Shown: piece after piece, positions 57,266 to 64,000 of the stretch
How positions within the stretch are numbered: the first letter of the stretch is position 1
How the letters are laid out: each line of letters begins with the position of its first letter
DNA from: Thecamonas trahens ATCC 50062
Taxonomy: Eukaryota; Protista; Apusomonadida
NCBI RefSeq assembly: GCF_000142905.1
Contig: NW_013657633.1
Location: 169,154-233,153, forward strand
Direction: 5' to 3'
Length of the DNA: 64,000 nucleotides
The notes under the pieces: generated by a model
Seen by the model: only the letters and a program-made list of their open reading frames with translations
Told to the model about the DNA's origin: nothing
Databases searched by the model: none
Translations under genes and position numbers: made by a program

Positions 57266-59953
57266 TCATCGCGGACGCATTGCGTGTCGCGGCGATAGCG
57301 TCGCCCCCGGCCCGGCGACATGGGCAGGGTGGACGGGGTCGTGAGCGGTGGTCGAGTCCGAAGCGGCGGCGGCATCGGCCGCCGCCGCCTCGCGCATCAG
57401 CCGACTCTTTTCCATGATCATGTGGTACATGTCGGCCTCGGCCTTGAGCTCGCGCTCCTGCTCACGCGCCACGACGGCGCGCTGCTCGGTCTGCAGGTTC
57501 ACCGCTGACTGCTGGATGTATTCGTGCATGGTCCCGAGCCGGGTGAGGTCTGGCGAAATGGGCCGCACCTCCTCAGCCTCGAGCTCGGCGTCGATCTCGG
57601 TCCACACCTCGCCGACCTTGTACTTAAAGTACTCCAGAATGAGCCGAAGTGCCGTCTTGTGCCGGCAGCTGAGCCCAGTGTGGCCCTGAAACCCGAGCTT
57701 GCAAAAGAGGGCAAAGACTTTGGCCCGCATGTTGGCTCGCACGTCGGCAATCGCCGGCGAGACCTCGTCGCCGTCGCCGCCGTCGCCGTCTGCCTCGGCC
57801 GCCGCGGCCGCCTCGAGCTCGAGCACAAAGGCCGCAGTCCGCCCGTACTGTGCCACCGCGGCAAAGGCAGGCGCTCCACCCTCGCCTTCATCGTCATCGC
57901 TCACGGCCACAGGCGCCAGTGGGGTATCCACGTTGCCGATGACCCCGTGCCTGTCGAGCGCCACGCCCAGCTCGGCCTGCGACGTCTCCCAGGCCTCGAG
58001 CAAGAGATGGGCCACTGAGCGCTCAGCGTCGCGGCCGGACCGCCACCTCCGCACATACGCCACCGTGTAAGGATGGTCGAGCAGGTCGAGGATAACACCG
58101 AGGCCATGGTTGGTGATCTCGGCCGGCAGCTTCGGCGTGTCAAGCAGGTCGAGGAGGGCAAAGACGCCATCGGCCCGCAAGAACTGTGTCTCGGACTCGA
58201 TGATGCCCACCACTGCGGACCAGATGCAGTCGATGGCTGCGAGAACAATGGTGGGCTCGCGCTCAGGGTCGCTCATGTCAAAGTTGAGGAGTGCGATGAC
58301 GGCGTCGATGCCGCCTTCGAGGAGAAACTCGGCCTGGTTCGCTGCGTTTTCGGCGGTGAGGACCGAGAGCGTGAGTGCCGCATCGCGCCGCAGCTTGACC
58401 TCGAGCGTCGCGTCCTTGAGAATGGAGAGGAGGACAGCAACAAGGCCGAGCTCGCCGTACTGCGTCGCAAACAGGGCCGCAGTGTTGAGGACGAGCTTGC
58501 TCAGACCGGAGCGCAGCGCCGCTGGCGGAGGTTCATCAAGGTGCTGCACAAAGGCGTCGATGACAAGCGACGGACCGTTGCCGGCGGCAAACTCGGCCGG
58601 AACCTCGGCCGCGAGGTGGAAGAGCAGCGAGGTGGCGAGGACCTGCAGCTCGCGGTGCTGGTGAAGCGTCCACTGGAGCAGCGTCCCACGCTCTGCACCC
58701 GGATCAAGGTACATGAGGAGAACACGGACAAAGGAGGCGCTGATGAGCGCCGCCACACCGTCGGGGGTGGTCGTTGTCGAGAGCACCAGGTTCCACAGCA
58801 GCTTCTTCATCTCAAAGTCCTCTTCGGTGCAGCCAAGAGCCGTCAGCGGGAGCTGCGGGAGTGATGCCGGGACGCGTGCCGTCTCGCGGGCGCAAGCCAG
58901 CTCGAGGAGGAGGGTGGTAAAGCCTGCGGCCACAAAGGCGTTCGGGTCAACATAGCCCGAGTTGGCGAGAAGTGTGGCGAGGATGAGGACCTCATTGCGG
59001 AGATGGCGGTCGTTGCGCTTACGCGAGTGAAGGAGGAGCGAGGCAAAGACGCCGCGGATGTCGGCCAGAACCTCGACAGAGTCCATCTGGGCGTGGGCCT
59101 CGGGCACGGCCTCGAGCACGTTCCACACCAGCTCGACCAGGACCTCCAACCTTGCCGGGGCGCGCGCGCAGCCGGCAAACAGTCGCGCGGCAAGTGCAAT
59201 TCCACCAGCATCGGCAATCTGGGCGCAGTGCGACGGGAGCGAGCACGAGAGCGAGAGCAGAGCGTCCACGATGGCGTCGACGGTCTCTACGGCGCCGTCG
59301 CCGGCCTCCATGGCGCGGCCCAGAGCCTGGACCAGGAGCGGGATGCAGCCAGATATAGAGACAGCATGCTGATTATAGCGTAGCGGCTCACCGTCCTCGC
59401 GCCTCCCTGCGGCATCATAGGCGGCGAGAGCCGTGGCAGCCGCCGCCGCGGCATCAGGGACAAAGACGGCGCTGGCAGCATGGGCCAGAAAGGCGACCAG
59501 AGCCACGACATGATCAAACAGAATGAGTTCGTCTGACGCGCCAGCAGCTCTCAGCGGGCGAGCAGCCAGAGCCAGAAGATCCCTCAGAGGAGCGGCATAG
59601 GGCCTGGCATCGGAAGCGTTGGCGGCGTTGGTGACGGCGGCTTCGAAGACAGGCACCAGCCGCGGCAGATCCCTCAGATGAAAGCCGCCGGCAGCAGCAT
59701 TGGCACTCGCCACTTTGGCCAGAGCAGCCGCATGACGAAGCGCAAGTCCGCTCGAGTGTCGCGAGGTGAGGAGGGCAAAGACCTGCTCCAACGGAGGCGC
59801 GTTGGGCGTCACGCCCCCGGGCAGCTCCGTCCCCCCGCCCTCCTCCTCGGCCGTTGCCCTCCGCCCGCCCGTCGCCACTGCTTCTGCCGCTGCTGCTGCC
59901 GCCACTTGCTCGTCCCTTGCCTCACCGGCAGTCCGGGGTGGGGAAGCTTGCAT
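57266..59953 (-). CDS. CFAP69: Cilia- and flagella-associated protein 69 (ARM-repeat)
   Basis: GFHLRDL, DRHLRNEVLIL, EDFEMKKLLWN, IDCIWSAVVG, DGVFALLDLL, NMRAKVFALFCKLGF, YFKYKVGEVWTEI..EL..E.VRP. Confidence 0.88.
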   Translation of the reverse strand: MQASPPRTAGEARDEQVAAAAAAEAVATGGRRATAEEEGGGTELPGGVTPNAPPLEQVFALLTSRHSSGLALRHAAALAKVASANAAAGGFHLRDLPRLVPVFEAAVTNAANASDARPYAAPLRDLLALAARPLRAAGASDELILFDHVVALVAFLAHAASAVFVPDAAAAAATALAAYDAAGRREDGEPLRYNQHAVSISGCIPLLVQALGRAMEAGDGAVETVDAIVDALLSLSCSLPSHCAQIADAGGIALAARLFAGCARAPARLEVLVELVWNVLEAVPEAHAQMDSVEVLADIRGVFASLLLHSRKRNDRHLRNEVLILATLLANSGYVDPNAFVAAGFTTLLLELACARETARVPASLPQLPLTALGCTEEDFEMKKLLWNLVLSTTTTPDGVAALISASFVRVLLMYLDPGAERGTLLQWTLHQHRELQVLATSLLFHLAAEVPAEFAAGNGPSLVIDAFVQHLDEPPPAALRSGLSKLVLNTAALFATQYGELGLVAVLLSILKDATLEVKLRRDAALTLSVLTAENAANQAEFLLEGGIDAVIALLNFDMSDPEREPTIVLAAIDCIWSAVVGIIESETQFLRADGVFALLDLLDTPKLPAEITNHGLGVILDLLDHPYTVAYVRRWRSGRDAERSVAHLLLEAWETSQAELGVALDRHGVIGNVDTPLAPVAVSDDDEGEGGAPAFAAVAQYGRTAAFVLELEAAAAAEADGDGGDGDEVSPAIADVRANMRAKVFALFCKLGFQGHTGLSCRHKTALRLILEYFKYKVGEVWTEIDAELEAEEVRPISPDLTRLGTMHEYIQQSAVNLQTEQRAVVAREQERELKAEADMYHMIMEKSRLMREAAAADAAAASDSTTAHDPVHPAHVAGPGATLSPRHAMRPR

Positions 59954-60034
59954 GGCGTGCGTATGGGTGGGTGGGTGGTGAAGGTGGGTGGGTGTGGGGG
60001 TGTGGGGGGGGTTGGGTGGTGGGGGGTGGGGGTG

Positions 60035-60385
60035 GGCAGGCGGTGTTTGGCTCGGCGAGTGGCGGCGGGCGGTGGGCGGGTGGCAGTGGCGGACGGTGGG
60101 TGGTGGCGGTGATCGTGATGATGGTGGGAGGGTATGGGTGTGGGCAGGCGAGGGAGGATGGCGAGTGGCGGCGGGCGGCGGGCGGGTGGTAGTGGCGGAC
60201 GGTGGGTGGTGGCGGTGATCGTGATGATGGTGGTGATGATGATGGGAGGGTGTGGGGGTGGGCAGGCGTTGGGTGGTGGCGGTGATCGTGATGATGGTGG
60301 TGATGATGATGGGAGGGTATAGCGGTGGGCAGGCGAGGGAGGATGGCGAGTGGCGGATCGTGTTGGTGATGGTGATGGTGGCTGG
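60035..60385. repeat. Complex degenerate tandem duplication in the CFAP69-SLC35A spacer
   Basis: GGTGGTGGCGGTGATCGTGATGATGGTGG x3; GGGCAGGCGAGGGAGGATGGCGAGTGGCGG x2. Confidence 0.85.
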
Positions 60386-60430
60386 TGCGACAAGTGATTT
60401 GGACGGCAGATGCTTGGTGGAATCGTGCAT

Positions 60431-61618
60431 TTATGGACGGACGCCGTTGAGGCCAAAGTAGTCACGCGACGAGTTGTAGAGCGAGACCGAGGCCATGACC
60501 AACGCTGCGCCAACGGCAAAGACAAGCGACGGCTGCATACCCAGAAAGACGATCGAAAAGAGAGCACAGACAATGACCGAGAACGAGGTGGCAAAGCCCT
60601 TGAGAATGTTGTCGGCGTACTTGACCACCACGGCCACAGTCAGCCCGCCAAGCGCGTAGACCATGATGATGAGCACTACAATCGCACCGTAGCCGCGGAA
60701 GAAGCCGTACTCGGCAATGGCCGCTCCGTCAGACACATACGCCCCAGCGAGGGCAAGGACAGAGCCGATGGCTCCGAGCTGGATGTTACGGATCCAGACC
60801 GAGACCTTGGAGCCCTTGAGAATCTTCTCAAAGTACACGGCGGCAAAGCCCGAGAGCAGGCACGCTGAGAGTACCGCCAGAAAGCCCGTCAGCTGTGAGC
60901 CGTAGTGGACCGACGACGAGTGGGCCTCGCCCTCGCCCGGCGGGCGGATCCCAAGCTGGACGAGCGTGACGCCGGCGGTGAGGACTACCAGGGCGAGCCA
61001 CTGCTGGTTCGAAAGCTGCTTGCCGAGGATAAAGACTGAGAACAGCGCTGTCGTCATCAGCTTGAGCTGGTACGTCAGCTGGGTGGTGGCAGCGTCCAGA
61101 TTCGACGTGGCCACAAACAGCAAGTTGTTCTGCACCATGTAGATAAAGGCTGGGACGCCGACCTTGAAAGTATCCCAAGGATCGGCCAGCTGGGAGGAGA
61201 GCTCGATCTTTGCAGCACTCCAATCCCAACCATGCTCATGCGAGAGGAGAGCAAAGGAGCAGATGAGCTTGACAACCTCCACACAGACCACCACCGTCGA
61301 CGAGATGTACGATGGCCCCTTGAGCGTCCTCGAGTAGTTCATCAGCAGCAACTGAGTCGAGTTCTGAAAGACAAGCACCACCAGCGCAACCTTCTTCATC
61401 ATCTGTTCCTTGGCCGACAGTCCATGAACTCCCGCAGGCATCGGCAGCTCGCCCATACCCTTCCCTGTCGTCCCATCACCACCACCACCACCACCACCAC
61501 CACCACCGCCACCGAGTGCCACTCCGACCAACCCAGCCCCTGCTCCAGCCCCAGCCCCAGCCACAGCCCCAGCCCCAGCACCCGCACCCGCACCCGCACC
61601 AGCCCCTGAAGACGACAT
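60431..61618 (-). CDS. SLC35A: Golgi nucleotide-sugar transporter, SLC35A family (UDP-Gal/UDP-GlcNAc/CMP-Sia); start uncertain
   Basis: VPAFIYMVQNNL, LDAATTQLTYQLKLMTTALFS, GFAAVYFEKILK, VWIRNIQL, VVKYADNILKGF; N-terminal (GA)n/poly-G. Confidence 0.93.
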   Translation of the reverse strand: MSSSGAGAGAGAGAGAGAVAGAGAGAGAGLVGVALGGGGGGGGGGGGDGTTGKGMGELPMPAGVHGLSAKEQMMKKVALVVLVFQNSTQLLLMNYSRTLKGPSYISSTVVVCVEVVKLICSFALLSHEHGWDWSAAKIELSSQLADPWDTFKVGVPAFIYMVQNNLLFVATSNLDAATTQLTYQLKLMTTALFSVFILGKQLSNQQWLALVVLTAGVTLVQLGIRPPGEGEAHSSSVHYGSQLTGFLAVLSACLLSGFAAVYFEKILKGSKVSVWIRNIQLGAIGSVLALAGAYVSDGAAIAEYGFFRGYGAIVVLIIMVYALGGLTVAVVVKYADNILKGFATSFSVIVCALFSIVFLGMQPSLVFAVGAALVMASVSLYNSSRDYFGLNGVRP

Positions 61619-62572
61619 CCACCTCCGCTGGCTCACTGTCTGTCCCCGCGTTGCCTTTGCTCTGCCCCTGGTTCTGCAGTGGCGTGTGTGGCCCTGTCGT
61701 CCTCTCCCTCTGGCTGCGGCTGTCGCTGTCGCGGTGGCTCTCGCTGCCTGCCGCCCGTTCGCCCAATTCCTGCAAACCTGACAATGCCGCACGAATCGAA
61801 TGGTGGCTACGCTCACACAGGATCGCTCACACTGGTGCACTCACTGGCCGCCCGCGGCTGTTGCGCTGGTGTCCGATCAGGGGAGGGGGGGGGGGCAAAC
61901 GCGCACTCGGGTGACGGCGGGGTGAAATAGTGGTCGTCATGGATGTGTGGGGCTTGTTTGGCCGTTGCTTGACGTTCTGTCGAGTTTGGAAGTCGATCGG
62001 GAGCGGTTTATGAGCGGTCATGGCTGGCGCCGGGGTGTCTATCGCAAAGGAAGAATCGCGGTCAGACTGACTGCTACATTGTTTTCCGCGCCAATGGACG
62101 TGATCATGCTCGCCATTGGTGTGTGGAAGGGTTGTTTGTCCAGATCGGGGCGCCGGGTGGCTTGTTATCGTCGATCGCTTACCTGCGCATCGCATCGCAC
62201 AGCATCGCAGCCTTGCAAGTCGTGGACATTCTCAATACTACATCACCAGCTGTGACAATAGTTGTGTTCATCGCGTCGCGGGGGTGTGGTTGGTTCGCCA
62301 TCGTGGGTCACACAGCGCGCCATCTGACCACGGTGATCACATCCACGATAATCGGCTGCACCAACATGACGTGGCTACACTCCAGCACACCATCAGAGGA
62401 TACCACATGTCCTGTAATCGCGAGTTAAGCCCAATGGCCATGATCTCACTTGCCATGTGTCTCTGCCGCACGTCAGCCCGTTGACGTCATCGAACGTCAC
62501 CATGCGACACCACGTCAAAATGGGCACCCGTAACCTCATCCCGCACCACATTCGTCCCTTTCCCCATTAGAC

Positions 62573-64000
62573 ATGCTACACACACCATCGTTTCCATCCG
62601 CACCCAATCTGGGCGAAGAATCCCTCGGCGAAGTCGCTCTTCACGTCCGGCCAGCCCATCCGCTCGGCCACGCGGCAGCGATCGCCGCGCGCCTCGCTGG
62701 CCTTGATGCGCTGACGACCGAGAGTAGCCCGGCGACGTCATCCTCGTTCGCTGATGGGCTTCCGCCAGCAGTGCTCATTGTCCACGACAGGGTCGCTTGT
62801 GACGATCCGCTCTCCATCTGTACTGCCATCGACGATGCTGCTGGTGGCCAGCTCGCCGTCGCGTCCAAGGTAGCTGCCGGCATCTACGCCCGCCTCCTCA
62901 TCCCGATCTACGAGCTGCGGCAGGCAAACAACCAGCGCAAGTATGAAGAGGCGTTTGCCAAGATGTCCGCCGACTGGGACGCTTGTGAGACTGTGTTGGC
63001 CTCGCAGCGGTTCCTCTCCGGCGGCGACGCGCCCGACTTTGCCGACGTCCTCCTCTTCGTCGTCGCCCTCCGGCTTGATCTTGTGTACTACGAGCTGTAC
63101 AAGGTCTCGTTCGGCCTTCTACAAGACTACCCTCACATCGAAGGCTTTGTGCAAGATCTGTTCGAGCGCCCGGCGTTTTACACCGACACGCCTCCGCTCG
63201 CCGTCATCAAGACCTTCCACTACACCGGCGAGCCCGATCTCAACCCGCACGGCATCGTGCCGCGCGGCGGCGAGCCCGATCTCCATGGGCCGCACTTTCG
63301 CGACTTTGCCTTTGACGCTGTGTCGGCTGACGATGCTGTCAACGAGGACCAGGACGCTGATCGTGGCCGCGGCGAGTGGGTTCGCGGCCTTTCGGAGCTG
63401 CGGGCGTGGATCGGGCCCGACGACGACTATCCCGTAGCGGGTGATCAGCGATACGTACTCTACGCCCCGTTCAACTGCCCATGGTCGCACCGCACACTCC
63501 TTGCCCGTGCCATCAAGGGTCTGGATGACGCCATCGGCCTTGTCGTTGTCTACTTTCGCCGTGATGCCGACAGTCGGTGGCAGATCAACCCGGCCGTGCC
63601 TGGCTGCACCGCCGACGTGTACGAGGGCATCGCCAAGATTACCGAGCTATACGCGGCGTCCAACTCGGACGAGCGCTCGGTGCCTGTTCTCTGGGATACC
63701 AAGACCAAGCAGATCGTCAACAACGAGTCTGCTGACATTGTGCGCATCTTCAACTCGTCGTTTGCCGATCTCGCTACCAACAGCATCGACCTTTATCCCG
63801 CCGACGCCGCCGACGAGATCGACCGACTCAACCTACTTGTCTATCAGCGCGTGGCCAACGGGGCATACAAGGCCGGCTTTGCTTCATCGCAAGCTGCCTA
63901 CGACCGGGCCTACGATCGCTACTTTCGTGCGCTCGAGTATCTTGATGGCGTGATCCTCGCCGATCGCGAGTGGCTCGCCGGTACACCGCATCCGACCGAG
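62573..64000 (+). CDS. Tandem glutathionyl-hydroquinone reductase (Xi-class GST, ECM4/YqjG-like); 3' end off the window
   Basis: Hand translation gives an open frame to the window edge. Module 2 has CPWSHR, SVPVLWD, IVNNESADI and NGAYKAGFA; module 1 has ADVLLFVVALRLDLVY..DYPHI..LNPHGIVP. Confidence 0.9.
   Translation, partial: MLHTPSFPSAPNLGEESLGEVALHVRPAHPLGHAAAIAARLAGLDALTTESSPATSSSFADGLPPAVLIVHDRVACDDPLSICTAIDDAAGGQLAVASKVAAGIYARLLIPIYELRQANNQRKYEEAFAKMSADWDACETVLASQRFLSGGDAPDFADVLLFVVALRLDLVYYELYKVSFGLLQDYPHIEGFVQDLFERPAFYTDTPPLAVIKTFHYTGEPDLNPHGIVPRGGEPDLHGPHFRDFAFDAVSADDAVNEDQDADRGRGEWVRGLSELRAWIGPDDDYPVAGDQRYVLYAPFNCPWSHRTLLARAIKGLDDAIGLVVVYFRRDADSRWQINPAVPGCTADVYEGIAKITELYAASNSDERSVPVLWDTKTKQIVNNESADIVRIFNSSFADLATNSIDLYPADAADEIDRLNLLVYQRVANGAYKAGFASSQAAYDRAYDRYFRALEYLDGVILADREWLAGTPHPTE

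Noticed and set aside
59954-60430. His/Pro/Thr-rich N-terminal extension of the 1054-aa CFAP69 ORF (likewise the extensions of the P5CDH, PRP18 and 37007-39271 ORFs)
   Set aside because: Translation of stop-poor intergenic repeats or introns; better ATG or exon models exist
1-64000. Transposons, integrated virus or rRNA
   Set aside because: No transposase, reverse transcriptase, integrase, capsid, terminal repeats or rRNA motifs recognised

Overview
Gene-dense, GC-rich, intron-poor eukaryotic (protist) nuclear DNA. Flagellar genes, myosin-VI-like and integrin-tail genes, plus poly-G/poly-C intergenic tracts, suggest an apusomonad such as Thecamonas trahens; this is an inference, not a database result. 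About 23 protein-coding genes are supported: Rim15/Greatwall-type split kinase, PH-beta-propeller protein, P5C dehydrogenase, cytochrome P450, ARL3, CBM-fused PFKFB, small Tyr-rich membrane protein, myosin-VI-like/RUN myosin, PRP18, PKA regulatory subunit, SMU1, DENN-WD40, VAMP7, SDHAF4, two type-I surface receptors, TTLL4, giant ankyrin protein, RNF212/Zip3-like RING, CD2BP2, CFAP69, SLC35A transporter, tandem GST-Xi, and two orphans. There are also three identical tRNA-Asp(GUC) genes, several microsatellites and three N-gaps. Most notable: (1) a head-to-head pair of surface receptors, one with an integrin-beta-type double NPxF/Y tail on a non-integrin ectodomain and the other a beta-propeller/EGF protein; (2) a PKA regulatory subunit with a C-terminal transmembrane hairpin instead of a D/D domain; (3) ARL3 lacking a local start codon, with the P450 possibly nested in its first intron; (4) a LAT/PAG-like tyrosine adaptor; (5) a fused dead+live GST-Xi; (6) an orphan built of four novel repeats. 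Five or six single-base homopolymer frameshifts are most likely assembly errors.
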